From Adineta vaga (Eukaryota; Animalia; Rotifera): 64,000 bases of DNA. Below the pieces are notes generated by a model. That model made no database searches. It saw only the letters and a program-made list of their open reading frames with translations, and was not told the DNA's origin. Location: positions 14,880,001 through 14,944,000 of the forward strand of contig CP075495.1 in the NCBI GenBank assembly GCA_021613535.1, given 5' to 3'. The translations under genes were made by a program, and so were the position numbers. Of this stretch, positions 24,772 through 37,228 are shown piece after piece (position 1 is the first letter of the stretch; each line of letters begins with the position of its first letter).

Positions 24772-26357
24772 ATCGATTGAAGAATTTAATTCTACAAAAA
24801 AAGAAAATAGAAGATATTCGTTACTGTTTAAATTGTACAAGAATGTTAAGTACAAATGCAATAGACTAGTCTGTTCTCTTTCTTTTATAAATTTACTTTA
24901 TTTCGTTAACACAAACCGATTACAAATACCCTTTATCTACCATCGTTGCACTCTTATTGGATATCGAATATGTGTATGCAGTTGGAGAGCAACGTTATTT
25001 ATAGTCACTATGATTGTTAGTCAACCAATCGGTCAATGACTTTGTGATTGAAAAAGAAGTTAAAGCTAATAAAAATTGTTCTTATGAGGGTTTTTCAAAA
25101 GAAATTCTTGTATTGACAAGAACGTAAAACACACAATAATATAAAGGTTATACCGAACATATGTTACCAATGCGAGCGAGTTGAAACATGCCTTAATATA
25201 TTTTTCTCTCGTTTGTAAACAGTAACTACCAACTTATTTTTAATTTTGTTATCAAACGCAATATAAACGAAAGAAAAAGATATCTTCAGGGTGTATGATA
25301 TTGACACGTGATAGAGTTTCTTTGCGTATTCTATTTTCTACTATTTGACTTTACATATAGTTTTTGTTTTTATTTATAATCTGAAGAAAAACTCGGAAGA
25401 ATATAGCACGTGGTTCTCACTACGATAAAACATCCTCAATGACCTCTGTCGTATACTATAAGAACGAGTATAATCTATTATTAGGTCTATGCAAATGTAA
25501 TACTTGCTTTTCCTACTTTTGACCTTAACAGAAAATTCAATTGAAAACTAGTGGTTATGTTCGAAAAGTGTATAAATGATTCATTATTCGACATACTTTC
25601 ATCTCTAAGGTTATCTTTCATAGTATAACTATCTCAACTTTTATCAACCTATATTTAGTGTATGTAATAATAGAATATCAGATGAATCATTCCATTGCAT
25701 GAAAAATGAGAATATTTGATTGTCATCCAATAGTTCGTAAATACACAATAAGTTTACAAAATGACTTTCCTCTCTTATTCTATCGATCGAAACTAACCTG
25801 AACATCAATAATAACAAACTATTTGTTATCGTTGTCTTTTATGATAAATTTATCTTTCGAACTTTTGAATTAGATTTCAATGAGACTGATCGAATATAAA
25901 TTGTATCAATCAAACATAACTTTTTTCCTTTTGTTTTTTTTCCACATTCTTCATTCTAAAATGCCTAACAATGACCTAAAAAAAATATTTAAAGAACTGA
26001 CGTAATATATTCATGCAGAGGAAATACAGACCAGTATGTACAATTTGTTTACATATCATCTATTCTGTATGGTAGATTACTTACTAATCGCTGTTCGGGT
26101 ATTAGAGAAAAGAACAGAAAAATAACGTGAGATTATATTTCATAGAGACAGATAGAGACTACCAATCTGTTCTTGTTTTCTTAGACGTTATTTTCTCTTT
26201 ACTTGCTCTCTTTCATCCTTTGTGATTTTGAATACCAGTGATTAATTACTAATATGTTATAGTTTCTTTTACATCTATTAAAAACAAAAAGTAAAGATGG
26301 ATTCTGATAAAACATCATCAAAATATTTTTTTTTTAAAAACGCAAACAATCATTCGT

Positions 26358-27559
26358 TTATCTATTCGAATTAAATGTCTTTATGGATGTTTCAGATGAA
26401 ATCATTTCGCTTGATATTCGATGTACTGTATCAATAAAATGTTTCACATTATCAATATTTGCATCTGGATAAATTCCATGTCCTAAATTTGCAATGTAGT
26501 GTTTTGTTCCGAAAATTTCAAGCATTTGTTTTATCATTTTTTCTAAATCATTAGTTGATGCATAAAGTGCACATGGATCAAGATTGCCTTGTAAAGTTAC
26601 TGTTGGATATTTTTCTCGTATTGTTCGAATTTGTTTTCGTGTTATTGACCAATCGAGACCAACGACATCAAATGATGATGAACATAGCTCATCTATTGCA
26701 TAGTGAGAATCTTTTGCAAAAATAATTAATGGAACATATGGAATATGACGACGTGTTAATCCTTCACGAACACCTTTTGCAATCTGACGTAAATATGGAA
26801 GAGAAAAACGAACAAATAAATCATGATTTAAACAACCACAATGTGATTCAAATAATTGAAGAAGTTGAGCACCTGCACAAACTTGTTCAACAAGATGATC
26901 GATGACAAAATGAGTTAAAAATTGAAGAAGATCATGAGATTCTTCAACATATGTATATAACCATTTTTTTGCTTTCGAATGAGTTTCACTACCTTTTCCT
27001 AAAATCAAAAGCAAACTTTTTAAATATGTTTTAAAATTTCATTTTTACCTTCAACCATATATGACATCAGCGTCCATGGTGCACCACTAAAACCAATTAA
27101 TGGACATTGACCATTTAATGCATGTCTTGTCAAAGTAATTGCATCATAAACATATCTTAATTCGACACTTGCTTGTCTCGTTCGATCAACACGTAATTTA
27201 ATATCAGCGGGCACATCTAATGGATGTGCAAAACGTGGTCCTTCTTTTGCAACCATATCAACTTGCATACCAAGTGCTTGTGGTACAACGAGTATATCAC
27301 TGAAAATGATTGCAGCATCAAGATCAAATCGTCGCAATGGTTGAAGAGTCACTTCACAACATAATGCTGGTGTTCGACAAACATCGAAAAAGGAATGTTC
27401 ACTTCGAAGTGATAAATATTCCGGTAAATAACGACCTGCTTGACGCATTATCCATATTGGAACACGTTCAACTGGTTCGCCACGACATGCGCGTAGTATT
27501 AAATTATTCTTTATGGGTGGAAATTCTTGTTGAAGTTGTTTTATCGTTGAATTAGACAT
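26358..27559 (-). CDS. UROD: Uroporphyrinogen decarboxylase, 2 exons
   Basis: Motifs [40 protein letters not shown] and IANLGHGI. One 50-bp intron at 26999-27048. Confidence 0.96.
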
Positions 27560-28602
27560 ATCTAAAATTGATTTTAGAAAACAAATTAACAATCATGTAG
27601 ATATTGTAATTAATATTCGTCGTACTTTCACAAAGAGAAAGAGAGAAGAACTTTTGACATATGGAAAGTAAAATGAAATTTAATACTATTATGAACAGTC
27701 AACTATAGAATCATGACTGATACAAACAGCTATTTTGTATTGAATGATGAATAGATAAAGACATGAATATGAGTAAGAAAAGAATGACTGACATTGTTTT
27801 TTTGGAATTAATTTATTTTCTTGTGTACATCCCAAGAGATATTATGTTTCAACTAATAATGTCGACAAAATATCAAATTCTTCTATTATTTCCTCTATAT
27901 TTCATTCTCTTTTCTTAAAGAATATTATATTGAATTACCTTTTTAATATGTCTCTATCAAAAAAATCTATTGTTGTGATACGTTTCGTGCAAAACAACCG
28001 TCTTAGTTATAATATATCAATCCAATTTCAAACAAACCATCATTTATCTATTGATAGAAAAAATTAGAAAGATCTTATTGGTTGATACTAGATACAAATC
28101 ATGTGTTTTCTATCAATTCTTTCTTCATGACTATTGACATCTATATTGAATAAATGCTTATTTTAATTTTTAGTTTATCAAAAAATTCATTTTCTGTATG
28201 ACATACCGAATTTTTTTCTAATAGAAACTATCAAATGTCCTTAAAAGCGACATCTATAATAGTTATTTGTATAGATAAAAGAGATTTTCGATGTTTTTCT
28301 TCTTAAAATAAATAAAAAAAAATGAAAAACTAAACTTTCTAAAAGATACGAAGGTCAAAATCATACGGCAATGGTAATGTCTATAATGGAATATATAAAA
28401 ACGTAAACACACGCGAGTTAATGATTCATCGATCAATTTACGCTCGTTTCTTTGTCTTTCTCGAATAGAAGGTTCTTTTTTTAGTTCAAAGAAAAAATCA
28501 AATTAATTCTATTTAGATAAACGTTTAATTTTGGAAAATCCTCACAACGAACAACAATTTTGTTAATTCATCTAAAAATTTCTTTTTCTTATTTGTTATG
28601 AA

Positions 28603-29385
28603 ATGGATCAACGCGAATTAATCGATGAAATCAAAAAAGATACGAAAACTAAATCATCTTCAATATCTGATATTGATCAATTATGTGATTTAATTGATGA
28701 AAGTACATTTGGTGGTTGTGTTCAGGGGTAAAACAAATTTATTTTGCTTTAGTTTGATTTTATCAATGAAAATTGTCGATTTAGATCTTCACAAAAATCA
28801 TCTTCAAATTTATCTGTACGATTTCGTTCAGTACCGTCGTGTCAAGTAAAAGCATTTCGTTCATCTCGTTTGAAACGTTTACATACCTGTTCATCAGTCA
28901 CAAAAATTGAAGAAGAAGATACTTCAGGAGAAAAATCTTCTTGTCGATCATTAATTCCATATACACGTCGAACATTTTCAATGCGTTTTTCACTAACAAC
29001 ACCATCATTATTAAATCGTTTTCGTTCTTTATCGACATGTCATTTTCCTCAATCTCGACGTAGTTCACATCATTCATCAAATCTTCGTTCACATCATATT
29101 CGTTATCCATCTTCAACAACAATAACTTTATTTCGTACGAAATCAATTTTACCTGCAATTGTTGAAGAAGAATCAGCGAATGATAATCTATCATCCTCAT
29201 CATTATCAACCACAACAACAACAACAGCAGCATCAACTACTCAATCTCAGTTATCATGTACGATTGTTGATACACGACGACCAGCAGCAAATTCATGTAA
29301 TGTCGAAGAATTAGCTGCCTATTTGGATAATTTCCTCTATTTACCTAAATCATTATCGGGTGCCGCTGAACTTATGTATACATAA
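28603..29385 (+). CDS. OSER1: Oxidative stress-responsive serine-rich protein 1 (OSER1/C20orf111 family), 2 exons
   Basis: C-terminal NVEELAAYLDNFLYLPKSLSGAAELMYT is the OSER1 signature, after a Ser-rich body. Exon 1 (28603-28727) splices in frame to 28785 across a 57-bp GT-AG intron. Confidence 0.82.
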
Positions 29386-30132
29386 TCTTACTAAAATTTT
29401 CATTTTGAATTTATCAAGAATATTTATTTGATAATATTTATCATTTAAATGGTTCGAAAAATTAAACCAAACAAATAGAGTGAACAGTTTGTACAGAGTC
29501 TTGTGTTCATTTATCTATATACATATATTAAACTGTATACCGTTGCTAATTAAGATCATATCAACTAATTAATAAACATGGATGGTTAATCATTTCTTTT
29601 CGTTTCTCTTCTTTTTTCAAAATATTATTTTTTCGGAATAGTTTTATCGCATCGAGGTTATATGAAATTTTTCACATATTTATATATGATAAGCGTGTGT
29701 CAATTATCTACTTGAGCAAATGAATGTTTCATTGCAAAAATTTTACTGATGCTTTGTAGCAAGAGAATGTGAATGATGACAGGTTTGGACTAGATATATA
29801 CTAGTTTGTCTAGATCGGACCAAAACGTGGAACATGGATATCTTTTTTCTTATTAAGGAAAATATTTATAAATAATCTTATCATAACTGTATATAGTAAC
29901 TCGACATAGTTTGTCTATTCTTCATATTCGCAACGATCAATGTGAAGAAATTTATGTTATTAAAATAGACAAAAAGAAAGAGTTGGCATCGACAAATTAG
30001 ATTTGTTATTTATAAAGATCAAAATAAGAACTCTATGTTTATTTTGTTATGAAATGGTAAATATAACAAAAAGAACTTATTTAATAGATGAGAATTTGAA
30101 ACGCATAGTTTCATGTTTGAATAAGGGAATAG

Positions 30133-32119
30133 TTAGCGTGTAAATGCAAATGGAAAATAATCCCGTATAAGATCTAAATTCAAATTGTTCGGTTTGTCAA
30201 GTATGCATATGTGTTCGATTTTCGAACAATTTAATCGCATGTTATCTCTTGTAAAATTGCTTGTAACTCTTTTTAATGAATTATAATTGACAACAAGATT
30301 AATATTGCCATTAAGATATGTATTTGTACTAGATAGAAATTCTTCTACATAATCATCATGAGCATCTTCTATATCCAGAAAAATAAGATGATTATATTTG
30401 GCTATTGATGAATTGTAAGATTCTTCACGTTTTTGTTGTTGATGATTAGTCAAAGATAAATGTTGAACAAATGGAAGTGATCGTGATACTTGAACTAAGA
30501 AGTTATGTTCAAAAGGACGTTCATCATATAATGATATTTTACGAACATATTCAAATAATCCACCTGGAAAATGATTTGTTATATTCAAATAATATGGTGT
30601 TTCAGATGGATATGAATAGAAATGATACTGTGCTAATTTTCTTACGGGAAAAAAATCAAAATAAGATATAGTTTTACGAGAATGAACATCAATGAATGTT
30701 TTGTCAATATCTTTGTTTAATGGTAAATCCATCTGATTAGTAATTATAAGTGAACGAATATCAAATTGAAATATATTTAATTGTGACATACGATTGAGAA
30801 GATTTTTCTTCAAATAATTTTCATCAATAAATCCATTATCAACATAGGTAGTAACATATAAACCAAGTTCTTCTAAATTTGTCATTCCATAAATAATTGG
30901 TAAAAAAAATTCTTCAAAACTTGACATTTCCCAACCACAAGATAAAACGAAACATTTCAGATTTGTGGTTTTTAACTAAAAGAATAAGGAAAGAGTGAAA
31001 TTTTTTTTTTCTTTCAAAGAAAAGCATACTTTATCATTTGATAATAATAGGGATCTTACAAAAACAGTGTTAACCACATCAACAACAAGGGTTTGAAGTT
31101 GACTGAAACGACCATCGAGTAGATAAACAAATTGTGACAAACTTTGAACCTTAATATTTAATACAATAAGATTTGAAGAAGAAAATCTCCAAATTGGGAA
31201 GGAAGACATTAACCGGAAAATATCTTCACATGATGATTCAGTTAATTTAAAGTATGTTAAATTAATAAACACAGAAAAAACACGAGTGCAAATTTTCATC
31301 GATGCCAACAAATTATCGTTTTTTCTTTCGTTCATTGTTATAATAAGCGTTGTTATTTGATTCTTGAAAACACCAGATGAAAGACGTGTATCTAAACATA
31401 TAAACACGCAACTTGTAATCAGACATATATTCAGCTACACATGAAAGTTTAAAAGAATCTTTGATATCAACAAATTTAGAAATAATTATTCATCGCCTTT
31501 TGATCTTTTCTGTTAGGTAAGTTCGTGGCAATAATAAGCCTCATGTTTTACATTTTGCTTTCCATTTGCAAATTACAAAGAATATAATTTGTTACATAAA
31601 TCCTTAAGAATGAGTCTTTTTCAAATTTAATACGGAAAAATGAATTAGACTTATGCATTGGTACGATTTTTTCAGAAATAACTCATTTGTTTACAATTAA
31701 CCGAATTTTTGGAAGACTTTCTTACCGATAAACAGTCGTCTAGCAGTCTTTTCTTTGATATTGTATAATCCAAGTCCATATAGGTTGGGATAATCGGCAG
31801 CAAGTAGAACACGTTTTGCAGATGATGCGTCTAGGTGAAACCATTTGATTTTAGGAGAAATATCGGGTAATATTTGTAGACGAAATCGATTTAATGTAAC
31901 ATCCGAGGAGAATTTACTAAGAAATTTTCTAGGCGACCATTTGACAAAATTAAGACTACTTGCAAATATTGGATCACGCATTATTCTGTTGAAACGTTTA
32001 TTGACATTGTGCAAAGAATAGAGTACATCGAAATTATCCAAGTTTTTAAAAATAATAAGAAGAATTTCATCAGACAGATCATTGAATTCGACTGTGGAAT
32101 ATTCCATATTCATCTTCAC
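30133..32119 (-). CDS. F-box/LRR-like protein of a lineage-expanded family, 3 exons
   Basis: N-terminal F-box FNDLSDEILLIIFKNLDNFDVLYSL. Downstream exons are Leu-rich (LLDGRFSQL, FPGGLF, LYDERPFEH). GT-AG boundaries at about 31725, 31029 and 30976. Confidence 0.75.
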
Positions 32120-33900
32120 CTATCTATGTGTCGCATCGAAGAAAAGTTCATATTTATATACGAACAGACACAAAATGGACTAGACAAATGAAAACGAAAT
32201 TGAGAAAAAATGATTGATGTTGCTATTGCTACTTAACAGCACCAATCATATTTCTTAGTCAATAGTGTAATTCGTCCTTTCTTTCGAAATAATATACATT
32301 CATTTTAAATGACCGACATCATCGTCAAGACGAACAATAACAAAATATTGTTCAATGAGTCAATATTTTTTCTCTTGCTTATAAAATTACTTTCATGCAT
32401 TATTACTATAATTTTATATATAAGTTGAATTAAAGATTACATCTGTTTAGTTAGATCAATACAACATATATATCTATTATAATTAACTTGAAATATTTTT
32501 ATCTTATGTTGACAGACAAAGGAAAAAAGAGAAAATGAGTAACACGAGTTGCACATTCACGCCTGTTTAATTTTGTGTACGACTTGTACGTTTTTGTTGA
32601 AATTCAGCATCAAAAAATTTTTCTAATTCATTGCATAGATCCGATAAACTTTGTAAACTAAAAAGAAAGAACTTCTTTCACATGAAAGTGTTAAAGTTTT
32701 AACTTACGAAACTGTTGTACTCGTGGTTTTTACATATTTTGTCATATCAATATCGATGCTACATTACTTTAACTAAAATTGAAAAAGGAAATTCTTCAAA
32801 TTTACGAAAAAAGTATCTTACTTCATTTGTTATTCTCATTGAATCATTGACTTTTTTCATTACCAAAGGAGTACGATTATAATTAATGCAGTAGTCCACG
32901 TAATATCTATTTTCATCTTGTTTAGCAAGTGCTATTATGGACATCGGTTTCTATAAAAAAAAGTAGGAAATGTTTTTTCAGAAATGAGAAAAAAGATATT
33001 TGCATTACGATGATATTAAATTCGTAAATAATAAACGTGTGAACAAATAAAAAGAGATGATCCTAAACCATTTTGAATTTCAGTACAATTTTTTTCAAGT
33101 ACTTTTTCGAATAATGTATCCATAGTGTTTTATCGATTGTAATAATATTGTATAATTTAAATAACAAATTTGAGAGAAAGTTTTCAAATCTTTCTGTGAT
33201 TCTATACGTGCTTTATGTGAATGTGTGTGTTTGTAATCGATCAGTTTCTATGATGACGTGAAAACGGGAAATACGTAAGTATAAATATTTATATGTACGA
33301 AGAATGGAAAAGAAGAAAGACGATAAAGAAAAAAGTGATGCATATAAAACGACATGATGCATCGATACGATATTACCTCGATTTAAATTCATTATAACAG
33401 AAAAAGAAATATTTGAACTTAGTTCTTACACCAAGAATCGAACTCTCGTTAAGAAAAACTTTCATACTTTTCCATTTGTTTTTATTAATTTTCTTTTGAA
33501 TGTCTTTTTTCAGAAGTTGAATCACCTGTTGTTTGCAGAATATCTGTTTCATTAAGTAATTTTTTTCTTCCGAATCATTCAATGGTTTTTAAATAAATAT
33601 TGCTTTGGAATCAACTGGTCCCGTTATCTTCTTTCCGTTTTCATTTTACAAAAGAAAGAAAATAACAAGCGTGGAAAGTTTTCTCTTCAGGATTGAACTT
33701 TTTGAATTGAATTTGAAATTGTCACAAGTGTTTTAATTAATTTTGGACCAATGTTTATCGATATATCAGTTAAATTCAGATCGATTTTTCTTTCATTATT
33801 CTCTATTAAAATGATTAAATCAGTTTCTAAATCAGACATTCTTATGGAGATAAAACCTTTTTTTAAAGAAAAACAAAGAAATTCTTATCTTTCATAAAAG

Positions 33901-34455
33901 TCATCTTCAAATTTATCTCTACGATTTCGTTCATCTCGTTTGAAACGTTTACATACCTGTTCATCAGTCACAAAAATTGAAGAAGAAGATACTTCAGGAG
34001 AAAAATCTTCTTGTCGATCATTAATTCCATATACACGTCGAACATTTTCAATGCGTTTTTCACTAACAACACCATCATTATTAAATCGTTTTCGTTCTTT
34101 ATCGACATGTCATTTTCCTCAATCTCGACGTAGTTCACATCATTCATCAAATCTTCGTTCACATCATATTCGTTATCCATCTTCAACAACAATAACTTTA
34201 TTTCGTACGAAATCAATTTTACCTGCAATTGTTGAAGAAGAATCAGCGAATGATAATCTATCATCCTCATCATTATCAACCACAACAACAACAACAGCAG
34301 CATCAACTACTCAATCTCAGTTATCATGTACGATTGTTGATACACGACGACCAGCAGCAAATTCATGTAATGTCGAAGAATTAGCTGCCTATTTGGATAA
34401 TTTCCTCTATTTACCTAAATCATTATCGGGTGCCGCTGAACTTATGTATACATAA
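33901..34455 (+). pseudogene. OSER1: Second OSER1 copy: exon 2 only is homologous, with a 33-bp deletion and no canonical splice donor upstream
   Basis: 33924-34687 reads identically to 28854-29617. The exon 1 of copy 1 is absent, and the putative upstream donor reads AT instead of GT (33850). Confidence 0.7.
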
Positions 34456-34904
34456 TCTTACTAAAATTTTCATTTTGAATTTATCAAGAATATTTATTTG
34501 ATAATATTTATCATTTAAATGGTTCGAAAAATTAAACCAAACAAATAGAGTGAACAGTTTGTACAGAGTCTTGTGTTCATTTATCTATATACATATATTA
34601 AACTGTATACCGTTGCTAATTAAGATCATATCAACTAATTAATAAACATGGATGGTTAATCATTTCTTTTCGTTTCTCTTCTTTTTTTCCTCATGAGTAA
34701 CGTTATCATATCCAGGTTATATGTTATTATTCACATACTTCTGTATGATAACTATGTATTAATAATGCACTTAGAAATGAATAGTACCAATATGACTGAA
34801 TCATTCGAAAATGTTTCGAGAAAAATATTTTACTGAAACTTTGTTTAATCTTAAAGTATAATGTACATAATAATGTTGCCGATTCATCTGGAAGGATGGT
34901 AGAT

Positions 34905-35418
34905 TATCATTTACCACAAATCTGGTTTCCTAAAATCATCCTTACATGAAATCCATATTTGTGGATAAATATCGGGGATTAGATATGGTGGTGACCAATT
35001 AGGGATTTTAAGTTGTGGATTTTATAATTTAGGGATTTTTTTATGAAAAAGACTTTTCACCTGCACAACATAGTTAGACGTTTAAAGTCAGAGGAACTCT
35101 AAATAGTATGTTATCACTTCGCTAAAATTGTGGTGACCAAACTCAGTCGATAAAACAAATTCACGAATAATTTTAGACAGTTTTTATAGGCCGATTCTGG
35201 ACACCATAATCTACGGTATGATAACCTATCTCGAGATGTGCCACGGTACTTGGAGGAATGTGTCCCGCATGCGTGAAACTAAAAAAATCCCTGAATTTTA
35301 AAATCCACAACTTAAAATCCCTAATTGGTCACCACCATACCTAATCCCCGATATTTATCCACAAATATGGATTTCATGTAGGGATGATTTTAGGAAACCA
35401 GATTTGTGGCAAATGATA
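34905..35418. mobile_element. MITE-like element with about 140-bp terminal inverted repeats
   Basis: 34905-35043 (tatcatttaccacaaatctggtttcctaaaatc...) is the reverse complement of 35280-35418 with few mismatches. The interior of about 240 bp is non-coding. Confidence 0.85.
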
Positions 35419-35861
35419 GACATTCGGAAGGATTGGTCAACTAGAATCTTTTTCACAGTTCTGAATAGATACAAAAGCGATCCAGATATATTCTAGTTTC
35501 GAGTAAAATGCGAAGAAACGTTTTTTGTCTAATCGAATCTGAATTTGAAAAGGAAGTTCAGTGGATAGCTATTTATGATGTCGATGACTTTCTTTCAGGT
35601 GAACTACTATTATTTGTGTTGTGTAAAGGTCAAATAAAGATTCGCACAGATACTAACAAGCAAAATTTTAATAGTTGTCTCTTTGACAAAATACTTACAT
35701 GGTATACAAAAACATATTCATGGTCAATGCAAACTTTATCGCACTGTTAAATGAAATTTGTTGTGAAAATGAATAGAAACTCAAAGACAACTACAGCTTT
35801 CAGCAAATACATTGTCTCTATATTATCATTAATAGAAGACTAAAATACATAAGGAATATCT

Positions 35862-35951
35862 TGAGGGTGTGGGTGGGTGTGGGTGAGGGTGTGGGTGTTG
35901 GCGGTTATTAGAAAGATGTAGTATCTACACCCACGCCCACACCCACACCCT
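35862..35951. repeat. Inverted interstitial telomere-like repeats (TGTGGG/TGAGGG ... CCCACA)
   Basis: tgagggtgtgggtgggtgtgggtgagggtgtgggtg (35862-35897), a spacer of about 29 bp, then acacccacgcccacacccacaccct (35927-35951). Confidence 0.75.
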
Positions 35952-36189
35952 GGACAGAATTATTCTTGATTAAAATATTCAACTTTTATATGGCGGACAT
36001 AATTATTTAGAAGAATAATAGACAGCTTGCGAGGGTGCTCAGATATAAACAATATGATGTTCTAAAGTCAATGACATGCTTTACAGTTTATTAGATAGCT
36101 ATACAATACTCTGATAAGAGCGGACAAATGTATAAAATATAAGAATGAAAAATTTATAATCAAATAATAAGCAGAAACTAATGTTTCAT

Positions 36190-36420
36190 TATGGGGTCTA
36201 AGTGGACCCCAGGTGGATAATAAGCGTATATATTACTTTGAGGTAATTTATCTCATAGACAGATAAAGAAGATAAGCGAATGCTTTCTATGGTATACTAT
36301 ACTAGTCTTCACTAAAGCATATCTAGAGTAGTGTGATATAATCTGCGGTCGCATGTGTAAAACATTAGAATGAAACTAGTTGGGGTCCGTGCGGACCCCA
36401 GGTGGGCGTTTGAGGGTTAA
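36190..36420. mobile_element. piggyBac-like terminal remnant
   Basis: Ends in ...tttgAGGG-TTAA (36413-36420). Two copies of the palindromic subterminal motif GGGGTC-N6-GACCCC-AGGTGG at 36193 and 36382. No partner end was seen. Confidence 0.5.
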
Positions 36421-37228
36421 TAATTTTTGAATGATATTTGGAAAAACAACGACTAAATACAAATTAAACATATGTTTAGGATGAAATTTATTTGATAGTT
36501 TGATCATTTTCTTGTCGAGAGTGACTGGTTCGATCGAAAAGAGATTTGCCTGTAGCGTGCTCTAAAGCTCTAAAGGGTTATTTTTATTCGTTCGATGATT
36601 CATTGGTCTTACGTACGTTAGTCTGGCCACTACTATTTTCATTCTGTTATAGTGTGTTTTCTTGTCGACGACAGAATGAACACATAAATATTTCGTTTTC
36701 TTTTCTTTGCATGTTGTTAACCAAGAGATAAAGAACGAAAAATATAATAGTTTAAACCATGCCTTCATTTCTTACACACACCATCTTCTGTTAAGTTAGA
36801 AATATCTATATACAACGCAACATGCAGGTTAGTTCACGGTATATCCAACAGAATACGCAGAGATGAGCTAAAATAATGATTCTTTTTCTTTCATAACCTT
36901 TGAGTAACCCTTGAACTTGTATGCGTTGTTCCTCGTGTTCACAACAAGAACAATCATATGAGCATATACCAATTCTATACCGATAGATAGCTTAAAAAAC
37001 ATGTGTAGGGAAAGTCATCTAGAGGACGAAAACGAAAATGATAACGTAAATTTAGAAGACCAGATAGATGTAAATTTCTGAAACCTTTTTTTTATTGAAA
37101 AACTTTGTTTTTGAATTTATTTAGGCATTGTCCAGGTCGAAAAATCCGAGCCGGATCCCGCTGGAACCAGAACATCCCGGCAATTTCATGGAAGCAGGGT
37201 TCCGAACCAGATATTTTTGTGTTTAATA

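Noticed and set aside
26358-27559. UROD as another horizontally acquired gene (hemE)
   Set aside because: The N-terminus [12 protein letters not shown] and overall sequence look like eukaryotic UROD; nothing indicates foreign origin.
32700-33650. Possible spliced gene between the F-box gene and OSER1 copy 2
   Set aside because: There are short coding-like pieces and splice-like sites, but no consistent model or recognisable motif.
28898-34306. Antisense 112-aa ORFs (28898-29236 and 33968-34306) and similar shadow ORFs over real exons
   Set aside because: They are reverse-strand or off-frame by-products of codon bias in OSER1, glgX, IPO5, UROD and the ART genes.
37125-37215. GC-rich islands (also about 20640-20720 and 60895-61010) that may be repeat remnants or ncRNA
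   Set aside because: No tRNA cloverleaf, TIR pair or second copy in the window supports a call.
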